DNA of 63,511 bases, counting the filler, from Pelomyxa schiedti (taxonomy: Eukaryota > Protista > Evosea): NCBI GenBank assembly GCA_020536535.1. It is 11 parts of 11 records of this genome, joined end to end, with 100 filler letters (N's around TTAATTAATTAA, not from the genome) between each part and the next. Parts side by side here need not be neighbours in the genome. Positions count along the whole stretch, not along the records: positions 1 to 3,373 come from JAHLWZ010001749.1; positions 3,474 to 20,387 come from JAHLWZ010000166.1; 9 more parts are not named here. One strand, 5' to 3'. The notes beneath the pieces are model-generated. The model ran no database searches. It was not told where the DNA came from and worked only from the letters and a program-made list of their open reading frames with translations. Positions 1-11,923 of this stretch are shown one piece after another (position 1 is the stretch's first letter; each line of letters starts with the position of its first letter). A program made the position numbers and the translations under genes.

Positions 1-1174
1 AGGAAATGGTGTAGAATGGGATGTCCCATTGGCTGCTACTCGTAGGTGAGTTTGGGATTAAGACCTGGGTTAATGGCCCGCAGTCCCCCATGTAGGGGAC
101 AACCTGGGCCAGCACAGCTTCGTCGTCATCCCCAGAGGGGACGACTGCCATGCGGACCATCAGGGTCTTTGTTGTTGTTGCAAAATCATATCGGTACCCT
201 TCTACCAGTACCGAGATTGATTTGTCTGCTGGTGTTTGTGTAGGGAGGAAGTTGAGGCGATACTTCCTGTTCAGATAGCTCAGGATTGGATTTTCTTTTG
301 CAGGGTCTGCTCGATGGCTATCACTAACTTAGCCCAAATGGAGCTAAGGTAGTCTCCAAGGAGCCCAGGTGGTGGACGTGCAATGAGGTGAATGTATGGG
401 TCTGGAGTTCGATGGATTCCATTCCTTAATATCCCTTCTAGGGTTTGCCAGGTTGTGGGGTTTTCCTACCCCTCCTCATTGTAACCAATACTGATGGTAT
501 GGTTGGCATGAGAGGGGTGTGGTCTGGTGTAGAGGATGTGGAAGTATTGGTAGTCGTTGAGGTAGTGGGACCCTTAGGTTCATCTCCCAAAGGAGTGAAA
601 GGGTCCTGTTGCTCATTGCGAGGAGTTAGTGGTGCGTCGTCATTGGGGAGCGGAACTTCCTTTGCTGGAGATGCCGGGATTTGTGTTGGGTTGACAATGG
701 GTGACACTACTTGTTGGCGAGCAGAACGGCGCAGACTGTCCACCTCCAACACCAAAGGCTTCACCACATCTTTGTGGGCTCTTGATGTGTGAGTACTGGT
801 TGAAGATGATGCCGATCCTCTCAAGCAGAGCCTGAGCAGAGGTAGTGGATTCCTTGTTTGTTGCGTTGCTGCATAGATTTCTGCACTCACTGATGAAACG
901 CGTCCCCTCCGCAGGAACGTCGCCACCGTCGAGTGACGATGTCTGCAGGGTTTGCGCTTGAGTGCGATGTCAATGGAGGGGGGGCACGCCTCTGTGGTCT
1001 TCCCGACTACACCAGCATCTCCTTCGCAAGCGATGAAGACGCTGATGCCACTGATCTGTTGGACTTGTTGTTTGTTGCCATTGTTGTTGTGTGGGCAACC
1101 ACACACGCGTGGGGAGCGTCAACACTTGCTGACATGTCGGAGCGTACTTTCACCGATGCGAATTTGGCAATTGC

Positions 1175-1793
1175 ACTCGTCCAACAATGGACCCAGGGCA
1201 GGGGGTATCCCATGCACTCAGTGATTAGGCTATTATTACGACCACTCCTCACAACGGAGAGACAGACCAAACACTCCACTCTCAGAGTACGTACTACTAC
1301 CACGTCGTTGTCATGTGCTTGCTTTTTTTTTGAACAACACCGTGGGCTGCTGCTTGCTTTGCTTGCTTGCTTGTTGGTTGTGGTGATGGTGTGCTCCCTG
1401 TGCCTCAGGGGAGTTTTGGTGGTTCCTATTTATTTTGGTTCTGTTCTCTATGCCAAGAAATGGCTAACTATTTTGAGCCTCCCTGTGCCTCAAGGGGTGG
1501 GGGCTCTCACCACTAACTAATAGCCAACGATATAGAATAGAGAGATCTGTTGGCAATTATTATTTTTCCTTTTCTTTTCCTTTTTTCAAAAAAAAAAAAA
1601 AAAAAAAAAATTGGATAGCTCTGGCTCCAAACCACTGAGCTACTCGTCCAACGATGGACCCAGGGCAGGGGGTATCCCATGCACTCAGTGATTAGGCTAT
1701 TATTACAACACGACCACTCCTCACAACGGAGAGACAGACCAAACACTCCACTCTCAGAGTACGTACTACTACCACGTCGTCGTCATGTGCTTG
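1175..1793. repeat. Pair of ~147-bp direct repeats (1175-1321, 1642-1793) around a poly(A)-ending insert
   Basis: Both copies start ACTCGTCCAAC(A/G)ATGGACCCAGGG and end GTCATGTGCTTG; 23 A at 1588-1610. Confidence 0.9.
1611..1649 (-). other. tRNA-like 5' half (A-box plus D-arm only), not a tRNA gene
   Basis: Minus strand GGACGAG-TA-GCTC-AGTGGTTTG-GAGC; GCTC/GAGC D-stem; no T-arm or B-box, runs into poly(T). Confidence 0.5.
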
Positions 1794-2194
1794 GTTGCTT
1801 GTGGGTGCCTACCCTTGCTGTACTGTTGCTGTTGGAGCAAAAAACCTTTGTGTGAATTATGTTGTTTTAGGAGCCAAATATGGTCCGATGTCTTTAGGAC
1901 ATTGTTTGCATGCCAAGAGAGGTCTTACATCATTCCAATGCAAAGTACAATGAACCATTTGGGGGTATTTCCCAAATTTAATAGTACTTGGATGTTAAGC
2001 CCCTTCCTTTTTTCTTCTACACAAAATTATGGGTGCTTTTTCAATGATAATGGAGCTGACACAAATTTAGTGTTATTTTTACTGTATCAAATGCAGAGCT
2101 TCTGTGGTTATTTACGCCAGACCCGTTCGGCAAACAAACGCCAGTGCACCGCCACAACTAAAAAAAACAATTCCTTCTCGGAGCCCAACCACGT

Positions 2195-2437
2195 TGCAGT
2201 GGCCGGCAGAAGATGTGGTTGCGGTTATTATGACTGTGGGCGTACCCACTATGACTAGACTCTAGAGTGAGGACCCAACCTGGCCCAAGAGTCAAGAGAT
2301 CTAACATCTGGAATAGCACGATAGCCGTGACGTCAGCTAGCACCTGCAACACAAATGATAACCAGAGTAAATGAAGAATAATAGATACCCCCCAAAGTTA
2401 TCCCACTTTATTCCTTAGAAGACCGTCGACTACTGCA
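2195..2437 (+). mobile_element. 5' LTR of an LTR retrotransposon
   Basis: Bounded by inverted TGCAGT...ACTGCA; followed after 2 nt by a PBS and then a gag-like ORF. Confidence 0.7.
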
Positions 2438-2439
2438 TG

Positions 2440-2451
2440 TGGTGGAGGTGC
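2440..2451 (+). promoter_or_regulatory. Primer-binding site, tRNA-Ala type
   Basis: TGGTGGAGGTGC is complementary to a tRNA-Ala 3' end (GCACCTCCACCA). Confidence 0.7.
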
Positions 2452-2517
2452 TAAAACACATACTACTACCCCGAACAGAATTGAAAGAACCACAAGAAAA
2501 GAGATCGGCAGCCAAGT

Positions 2518-3373
2518 ATGGACAGTGCGCACGATGGGAAATTACAACCCGAAGGCCCTATATTGCCAGGCGTTGAAGGCGACACCGGCGACGGCGATGG
2601 CGAGAGCGAGGAGGAGGGGGCAATCCCCGGCGCGGACGACAGCGTCGTGTTCAGAGATAGAGAAGAGAACGGCGGAGACATAGCACCGAACAACAACCGC
2701 GGCACGACGCGTTTCAACCCAACCACCAAAAGACTCCATTTCAACACCACCCCCATACCACCTGCGAGGGAGCGTGAGGTGCACACCCAGGGTGAAGCAC
2801 CTCAAATTCGAAACTCACAACCTAACATCAGGGCACCAGCAAGGATGAGCACCAGGCAGTACCTAGCAATACCAGTGACACAGGCGAACACGCGCGTGGC
2901 AACCCCACTGAGAGGCACCCCACAGAGCATACCCAGGCAGGCAGGGAACATCATACAAAAACGAACACCACCAAGTCTAAAGGATACGCAACACAGTGTA
3001 CGCAACTCTCCCACCAGAACCCCAATGGGAGAGGACTTACTTGGGGAGGACCCACCTAGGGAGGACCCAAAGGGTGAGGCACCGCAGGCAGATGACGAGG
3101 AGTACCAAGAGGCACATAGCAATCGGCACCAGGACGAGGACTGGTTCGATGCCAGCTGGAAGAGATATGTCCACACCACAGAACCGAGCCCAACATATAA
3201 AGAGGAGGGGGGTCAAGTGTGCATTAACAAGGTAACCCTCAAGCCACTCAACATCCGCCGAGCAGACACAGGCAAAATTCTACAGTGGCTGGCAGACCTG
3301 GAGAGCCTCATTGAAAACAAGAGAATAGAAAACAAGAGGGCACTTGCAGAATTCCGGGGGGCAATGACAGGTG
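2518..3373 (+). mobile_element. Retrotransposon Gag-like ORF, cut by spacer
   Basis: Long P/T/R-rich ORF ending KILQWLADLESLIENKRIENKRALAEFRGAMTG, similar to retrotransposon gag; directly after LTR and PBS. Confidence 0.6.
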
Positions 3374-3473
3374 NNNNNNNNNNNNNNNNNNNNNNNNNNN
3401 NNNNNNNNNNNNNNNNNTTAATTAATTAANNNNNNNNNNNNNNNNNNNNNNNNNNNNNNNNNNNNNNNNNNNN
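3374..3473. other. Artificial contig spacer (first of ten)
   Basis: 44 N + TTAATTAATTAA (stops in all six frames) + 44 N. Same at 20388-20487, 24121-24220, 49530-49629, 51573-51672, 54652-54751, 56022-56121, 58607-58706, 59722-59821, 62281-62380. Confidence 0.97.
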
Positions 3474-4428
3474 ACGTGGACGATTTTTATCTGTTCTGGA
3501 TTGATGACAGTGTTGACCCACCTACACTGACTGACACTGGGTGTGTTGAGTTCCGTGTGTTTGTGTTGCTTATCTAGTGTCATGACTATCCCAATGTAAT
3601 GTGATTGATTGATGATAATACTGATGCATTTTTATTCATTCGCTTATCTTCTTTAGCTTATCGCTTTTGTAGGTTTGACATGGGGCCGTACTATCTCTAC
3701 ATGAGCGGGTGTGTTGATACTTCAACAAACCTTGTTTACGCTGTTGTTGCTGATGATTGGTACTATCTCGATTTCCATGTAATGGAAATCGATGTGACTC
3801 AGCTGTATGGAAAGGAAGTGTATGCACCTTAAAAAGGTTTCCTTTGGATTAAATACTCACAGAGGAACCTTCACAATCCCACATTCCATTGGAACATTCA
3901 AACGGGATTTTGTAATTTATTGTGACAGTGTATGGCATAAACTTGTAGTCACTTTCTATTGGGAGCTTGCGACTGTTTCGCATACAGATATTTATCTGTT
4001 TGACCCCAAGACCAACGATTTTACCTTCATTGTGAACACCGCCATCACAGTAGGTTGCATTAAAGAGCTGTGGTGTATTAAGTGTTTTAAATACACGCGG
4101 GGCCATACTAGGAATTCGTCAGGATGGTCCGGCATTATTAGGGGATAGTATGCCGTCCACCAGAAGGCTGTATTCTCTGTTGTGGGGTAAACAGTGACCT
4201 TTCCGGTCTCCATGTCAATGGCATTGGTCTTCGATGTAAGACCGTAGAGTATGTGCCTGTCAGAGTCGTACGTTGCCTCCATCCGCGTGCTGAGCAGGAT
4301 TAGAATCTCTCATATGTGTTGCAACATACTATGACCAGCCATCGTATGGGCCGGTGTTCACAATGAAGGTAAAATCGTTGGTCTTGGGGTCAAACAGATA
4401 AATATCTGTATGCGAAACAGTCGCAAGC
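3474..4428. repeat. Near-identical partial copy of the 7804-9143 gene, distal part inverted
   Basis: 3474-4041 matches ~7930-8509 forward; 4037-4428 is the reverse complement of ~8434-8823. Confidence 0.9.
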
Positions 4429-4827
4429 NNNNNNNNNNNNNNNNNNNNNNNNNNNNNNNNNNNNNNNNNNNNNNNNNNNNNNNNNNNNNNNNNNNNNNNN
4501 NNNNNNNNNNNNNNNNNNNNNNNNNNNNCGGGGGAGGGAAACACGGCGGGGGCACATACAAGTTGTTGTTATTGTTGCCGTTGTTGCCGCCCGAAGTGTT
4601 GCGTGCCCTGCCTCCATCCCGTCCCATTTTCGCCGGCTGATCAGAGAATGAAATTTCCGCCCATACCAGAAGTTCCTGAAGGTGACAGGCCGTTCCCATC
4701 ATAATGAATTGTGAAATTCGTCCTGCTATGTCAGTCTGGGGGCATTGTTGCACCCAGAAACGTGAAAAAAAATTTTGGTGCTGTGTAACAGGACAATTTA
4801 CAGGTATGTTCAAAGACAAATGGAAAA

Positions 4828-7528
4828 TCACAGGTTAGTTGTGGAAGGTTGTTGTTCAGGCGTGGGCTTGTGTCTTTGGTTGATCATTTGTTGTGCTGTG
4901 GTGAGTGTCACAAAGGTAACACTTAAGTTACTCTTTCCTATTCCCTGGAGGGGAATGTCTTCCACCAGGTGCCGTTGGTATGCATCCAAATTCTTGGCGG
5001 CTACTTTGGATGCGTGGATCAACAGCTTGTTGGGTTGCTGTGGTGGCGGGGACCATGCCGGTTGAGGTTGTTGTGGATGTGGCGGTGACTGTGCTGATAC
5101 TTGCGGCGTTTCGCCGTTGGGTGTTGCTGCTTTGCTTGTGAATTGAGAGGCGAGGTGCGTGTTGGCGTGGTAGGTTGCGAGGTCAGTGGTGATGGTGCAT
5201 ACCACCCGGTCACTGGGTGAGGACAGTTCTCGTTGCCCTAGTGCCTTGATATTGGGGAGTTTCCCGACACCTTGGCATCTGGCAGCTAGGTTTACCTGTT
5301 GAATGGGTAAGCTGGAGCTTAGGGGGAGTGTACATACAGGTGCACCAACTACATCGGGATTGACTAAAGTGGGAGTTTTCAGAAGCCCGTGCAATGCCGG
5401 CCCAGTGGTTAAGCCGATTCTCACGGACAGAACCCAGTCTGGGGCCTCTTGGCTCAAGAGACCATGTATAGTTTCGGAAAGGGTGCTCATAGATTCCCCA
5501 ATTCTAAGAGCGGCGGCATACGCTAGGGCTGGAAGAGGTGTACTAGTAGTTTTCTGCTTTTCCACCTGGTGACGATTAGGGAGTTTCTAATATCAATTAC
5601 GGAATACCTCCAATTGAAACCCCCAGGCAAGGAAAATGCCATCTCCCAGCCTCTTCACCAATAGGTTATATTTGGTTGCTTTGGCAGCTCTTTCCACAGT
5701 GCCGTAGAAAAGTTCCAGTAATTTGGATGCTGCATTTGGAGATACTGATTCACATAAGGATGTGAAGTCTAGAAGTGGTAAGGAGCACAACTGGAGAATG
5801 GGAAAATGTACTCGCAATATCACAGAAGAGATAGCTTCCCATTCTTCGAGATAAGGATGACTCCAATATTGCAGAATCAGATAACTTGTGTATGCACACA
5901 AGTTTGGAAATAACAGGGACAAATGCCACTACTATTTGTACTTTGCCCTCCAGCCATTCCAGCTTGTTGAGAATGTGGCGTATCTCAGATAGTCTACTGA
6001 AGATGTTAACTTTGCCCAAACAGCATCCAAAATGCCATGATTCTGATTGTTTGCCATGTTTTGTATTATTCCGAGTGTCTGCACCCATACTTACATCACT
6101 TATTCTCTTGATTCGAGTAATCACTTGAAGTTGCCCTCCCAGAGTGAAGACAGACAGAGTCCCTGCAAGGAGTACAGCGAGTATAAGGCTGACTACAATG
6201 AATTTTTTGGAATCAGTTCGAACTTCTTGGTAAGTCCGCTGGAAATAACCGGAATCTTGCGAAGAATGAATTCACTATAAATCTGGGGAAGTGAAATACC
6301 GGCGATGACAGTTATTACTGCAGTAAATCCGTATTCTGACTCAATTGGTAGAAATGCGGCAGTATAGCCGTTTCTATAATAAAGCACAACATCGGAGCTG
6401 TTTTTAGCAAGTGCCTTAGAAAGAAGGTGTGCTGAATCTCGTATCTCCCAAATGGTAGAATTCACTGTCACTGGAGTGATTAGACTGGAGAAGGTTATAT
6501 TCTCACATGAACTGCTTATTATCCACCCATCGTAATTTTGAATGAAGGTGCATATTATTCCTGGTTGGTCTTTATGGCCGAAGAGCGAAATAAAATCCGC
6601 TGCATTGATGGAGGCAGAAAATATGCCCGAGATAGTAGAAGAGCCTGGCAAAAGAAGGGGTGCGTACAAGGGTGCAATGAGCTCTTGTACATTGGAGGGT
6701 ACGGAAAAGGCTCCCCACAGCAGAGAATTAGGCCTGAGTGAGCTCCATTCCTCATCTGAGAGTGTTGCATGTGGAAGAAATGGTTCCCACACAAAAGGAG
6801 ACGCTGTAGACCAGTCCGGTTGGTATTCATCTGGGAGGTAGACAAACAGAATGAGACTAGCGTCCTCCCCATAACTGGTGAGATAAGCTTCCAAATTAAA
6901 GAAAAAAAAAATTTTACCCTGTCTGAAGAATTTCCATTGGGAACCCAATTGTGTTGGAAGCTGTGATGACCATGGTTCCATCTGTAGTAAAGATTCCCAC
7001 AACTTCCATAAAGCCCCCGTACACATCAAGTAAAGTGTTGTAGCTACTAGACTCGTTCACAGCAAGGCTCAGCGGGACATAATCTCCTGAAATATCAGCT
7101 CTTCTTCTTGCAATTCTCGCATTGCAGTACTCCACAGCGCTGAGCATTTGCTTCTCACAGATGTCCAGGTTTGTCTCAATTGGCGACTTTATGTTGAAAC
7201 TGCTCGTTCTGATTGCATCCACCATCGTTTTGCTTTGCAGCACAGCCAAGCCGTGTGCGCCAATGACCCAAATAGTCACCGAAGGCACAACAGCGACCGT
7301 GACTGCGATGAGCAGCACAATGAACGAGATCGACAGCAGCACCCTCAGAACCAGCGGCCGCCTCTTTTTCACCTTGCCATGTCTCGCGGCAATGTCGTTA
7401 GCTGAGTGCTCCAGAGATCTCTCCAGGTCGTTCGACGACGATGCCGAAAACGCGCTCATTGACGACACAAAAGACGACTCCCTGCTTATCACCACGCTCG
7501 TGGTTCCGCTCCGGTGTTGGTGCTGCAT
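4828..7528 (-). CDS. Receptor-type class III adenylate cyclase, multi-exon (TM, extracellular domain, catalytic domain)
   Basis: Spliced motifs FCDIANFTSLCES, VKRLGDGIFLAWG, VRIGLTTGP, NPDVVGAP/VNLAARCQ; N-terminal hydrophobic helix; K and D at the purine-specificity positions. Confidence 0.85.
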
Positions 7529-7803
7529 CTCGTGTGCGTCGTGTCCCTTTTGGTTTTGTTTGTGTGTTTTCTCAACTGCTGCGCAGCGTACTCATTTTCA
7601 CGGCAGGGGATTAGTGTCGCTCAACGATGGAACACTTCCCGTATTGGCCGATGTTCGGTTCCGCGAATGTGATTCAGATGACACCAGGAGCACTTATTTG
7701 ATGATGAGCTCGGGTAACCAACAAGGGTTGCCTTGCCAACAAGAAAAGGGAAGCTGAGGAATGTGAATTGTATGTATGACGAAGATGCCAAGCAAACGAA
7801 AAA

Positions 7804-9143
7804 ATGATTGTTTCTGAGAGTGGCGGTTGGGCGTACTGGTGCCTATTGGGTGTCTTAGTGTTGGGATTATGGGGCAGCAGCAACGTTGAAGGCAGAGTGT
7901 TGCTGGACGGGCAACACCAGGACAACAACGTGGACGATTTTTATCTGTTCTGGATTGATGACAGTGTTGACCCACCTACACTGACTGACACTGGGTGTGT
8001 TGAGTTCCATGTGTTTGTGTTGCTTATCTAGTGTCATGACTATCCCAATGTAATGTGATTGATTGATGATAACAACCAAAAAAAAATAATACTGATTTTT
8101 ATTCATTCACTTATCTTATTTAGCTAATCGCTTTTGTAGGTTTGACATGGGGCCGTACTATCTCTACATGAGCGGGTGTGTTGATACTTCAACAAACCTT
8201 GTTTACGCTGTTGTTGCTGATGATTGGGACTATCTCGATTTCCATGTAATGGAAATCGATGTGACTCAGCTGTATGGAAAGGAAGTGTATGCACCTTAAA
8301 AAGGTTTCCTTTGGATTAAATACTCTACAGAGGAACCTTCACAATCCCGCATTCCATTGGAACATTCAAACGCGATTTTGTAATTTATTGTGACAGTGTA
8401 TGGCATAAACTTGTAGTCACTTTCTACTGGGAGCTTGCGACTGTTTCGCATACAGATATTTATCTGTTTGACCCCAAGACCAACGATTTTACCTTCATTG
8501 TGAACACCGGCCCATACGATGGCTGGTCATAGTATGTTGCAACACATATGAGATATTCTAATCCTGTTCAGCACGCGGATGGAGGCAACGTACGACTCTG
8601 ACAGGCACATACTCTACGGCCTTACGTCGAAGACCAATGCGATTGACATGGCTACCGGAAAGGTCACTGTTTACCCCACAACAGAGAATACAGCTTTCTG
8701 GTGGACGGCATACTATCCCCTAATAATGCCGGACCATCCTGACGAATTCCTAGTATGGCTCTGCGGGTATTTAAAACATTTAATACACCACAGCTCTTTA
8801 ATGCAACCTACTGTGATGGCGGTGGGGAAACAATCTCATGGTGGAACATCACTGAGGGAGTTGGAACCTCTCCAGGGCACCCTGAACCGGTACCCTTCCA
8901 TTTTCTTAAATACATAACACTCACTGAATTCTCCCAAAAAAAAAGTACGTTGCAGCACAGGACTACCTCAACATTCCAGCATGGGAAAGTGATGGATACT
9001 ACCGGCTGTTGCGTTGCCCCCGTGCTACAGCTCATCCACTCAGCCTGCAATCATTCTTGATATCCAATGGGACCAGGATTGTTTCGCAACAAATGACTGA
9101 TTGGCTTGTGGGCACTACTTTTACCTGCTACATTCCAGAGTAA
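7804..9143 (+). CDS. Uncharacterised secreted protein, multi-exon, 3' end approximate
   Basis: Signal-peptide-like WAYWCLLGVLVLGLWGSSNVEG; GT-AG introns; aromatic, beta-rich exons. Confidence 0.6.
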
Positions 9144-9397
9144 AGATTATGTAACACAATTTCTAAACAGTGGCGAACGCTATTCTTTGGTCTCAGGACC
9201 GAGGAATCTGTCCTCTGCTTTCCGGAAAGGGAAGGTATCGAAAGATTCGTGGGATTTTCCCTCAACCAGAAATTCATTACAGGAATGTCCAAATTTACAG
9301 CATAAAAGGCCTTTGGGGAGCCACGAAAACATAAAGAGAAAAAAAAAAACTTTGTAACAAACAACTAGCGATACCAACATTGATTCTATTCACTAAA

Positions 9398-10336
9398 ATG
9401 GCCTCAGTAGACATGAGCGATACTAGCGCCCTTCTGAGCCCCCACACCGCTTTAACAATACTCGAAGCAGTAAGTAATTTCTTTATCCCCCTCGTGGTTC
9501 TTTGCCTTTTTGGTTACCATGTTATTTTTTTTTTGTCAAACTCTGCTCTGAGCAACAACATAGATATTCCGCAAGTATGACGCTGATGCTAACCATAAGC
9601 TGGACTTGCATGAGCTCCGCAACTTGTTCTATGACCTCGGCTTCCCTCTGACACCGACCGAGGCTGCTACTTTGCTTACTGCCATGGATTTGGACCACGA
9701 TGGGTTCGTGCAGTTCAACGAACTGTGCACGTGGTGGCGCGGGTCCGAGAAGTACAGAGCCATTCCCGCTCACATAGTAGCAGCCCGGGCCACCGCTGCA
9801 AGTGCGTTAATGTTTATTATTTACTCATTACAGATAGTAAGTTATAATTGTTTTGTAATTGCTATAGCAATGGCTCTATTTGTAGATAATGTAGACCTAA
9901 TTAATTTGCAGAATACTTTGCCAAGTATGACACGGACCGCAATGGAGTTCTTGACCTGACCGAGCTCACCAAGCTGTGGATTGACTTGGGCGCGGCGGGA
10001 ATAGTACGCGGCACATCGGCCTGGGATGCTATGCTATCTGCCGACGCAAACAGAGACAAGACGATCCAAATGTCAGAGGTAACCCCATTCCCTTCCCTAT
10101 CTCTATTAGAGACCCCAATCATCATAATAACTTTTACGCAAGTAATTAGCGGACGCAAACCAAAACATACACATGACATAAAAATTCTAAGAATGCAGTC
10201 GTCGTAACAATTTCCCCACATGCAGTTCATCGAACTTGTACTGAAGAACTACGTTGTGGAACACATCCCCGACCACGTGGGCACCCCGGCATCTACTGTC
10301 AACGTCGGTTTCTTCGAAATTCTCGAATTCGTCTAA
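9398..10336 (+). CDS. Calmodulin-like protein with four EF-hands, multi-exon
   Basis: Loops DADANHKLDLHE, DLDHDGFVQFNE, DTDRNGVLDLTE, DANRDKTIQMSE. Confidence 0.8.
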
Positions 10337-10538
10337 ACATCTTCATCACCATAATGCCAATGTTTACATGTACCCCACTATTTCCGAATACTAATTCGTT
10401 GGTGACGCTAAGCTGCCCACCACCAAACCAATCGAAAAAAACTTTCTCTTTGTTTTTTCGGTTGGACCACCCAAGTTTTGCTTTGAGTGATAAAGGAAGG
10501 TCACCTAGTACCTGGGAACGCCAAGCCACGCTCGTGTC

Positions 10539-11850
10539 TCAGCCGAGAAGTACTGCCCCTGGTTGTTGTGAGGAGCAATGTTGCTTCAGGGAATCCTTCG
10601 TGATTTCTGTTGGGAAGGTGTCAATCACAAACTGTGCAGTTACGGGCGAGGCCAGTGTAAATGGCATGAAGTGGACTTTGAACATGTCTGGCCTCAGTGA
10701 TGGGAAGTGTCTCATAATAATCTTGCACGTTTCAAGGTCGGAACTGTAAATACTATGTTTGTGGGCTGTCCACTCTGACATCATGGTGATCACCTGGGTT
10801 TGTTTTAGTTGTTATTGTGTTTGTTTAGTATTCATTACTCAAACATTAGATAGGATACGGGTTTACCTCTGTCAAAGTGACCCCAAAAGAAGTAATAATC
10901 CATTCGGCACAGTGGTTCCTTCCACTGGAAAGCATCCTGAACAGGAGAAAGTTGTGGTTGTCTTTCACCTGAGCACTTCCAAGGTCAAACTCCTGAATCA
11001 ACCACTTGGCAACGTGTCCGTAACCAATGAATTCGTTGTCGCTTGTGAGAAATCTTGTTACTGACTCCTTGCTTAAGAGTTCCTTTCCCAGCAATGAAAC
11101 GAGCTTCTTGACTTCTGGGAGTCCAATATGCACAGCCTGTGCCAATTTATTCCTCAGCTCTCGTTCTGTCCATTCGTGTTTCAACATGTTGGGATGATAT
11201 TCCTGAAGAAGCACAAAGGCAATGTTGAGGAACCTGGTTTTCTTGATGGCTTCAACAATGACCTGTTCAGGAAGGCTGTGGAATGAGGAGAGAACTGTAT
11301 GCTTAAGCGGCCACTCGATCACCTTCTCATGAATTGACTTGGTACATACCTCCAAAATAGATGAACACAGTGACTCTGTATTGTATACGCTCATTACGTG
11401 AAAGGTGTCCTCCAACCATGATGCCGTTTGCAAGTTCCCAGATATCAAAGCACTGCAAAGAGATTTCCACAACTGCTCACTATTGAGAGTCGGTGCCCTC
11501 TCTGACAACCACTTCACCAGAGAAACTGAGTCATTCATATTTGCGCAAGTTTCCATGAACAACTCTGCAGTGACAGCGATGTGCCTCTCCTCCACTGCCC
11601 ACCGAGTGAGGTAAGGGGCGCAGTATGCGGCCATTGTAAGTATACTTGATGCCGTCACTTCAAAATTGAACACGGTAATTGCCCACTGCAGCACGCGGGG
11701 ACTTGCTTGAACAACGCTGAAGTCGAGCCCAGCCTGTGGGAAGTTTTTGTAAACCCACTCACACACACTCAGAACCTCACACGTGATGTGGACCCACACG
11801 ACACGGTTCACACCGTCAGAGTGACGATCCGTTGTTGTTGGTGGGTCCAT
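10539..11850 (-). CDS. Orphan ankyrin-like repeat family (family 1), internally deleted tandem copy
   Basis: Collinear with the C-terminal half of 11924-14097 (ALISGNLQTASWLEDTFHV); N-terminal RVVWV joined in frame to CEVLSVCEW. Confidence 0.7.
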
Positions 11851-11923
11851 TTGGTTTGTTTGAAAATGAAAATACGTGGGGTTATGGGGGTGTTGTTTTA
11901 TTCATCTTTCATCATCTGCATCT

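Noticed and set aside
1-1106. Retroelement ORF1
   Set aside because: Protein-like pieces are split over frames with no recognisable motif
3418-3429. Recurrent TTAATTAATTAA as a biological motif
   Set aside because: Always centred in exactly 100 nt of N; a six-frame-stop assembly linker
4828-5565. Separate gene or LINE ORF1
   Set aside because: Contains VRIGLTTG and VNLAAR; it is the cyclase C-terminal half
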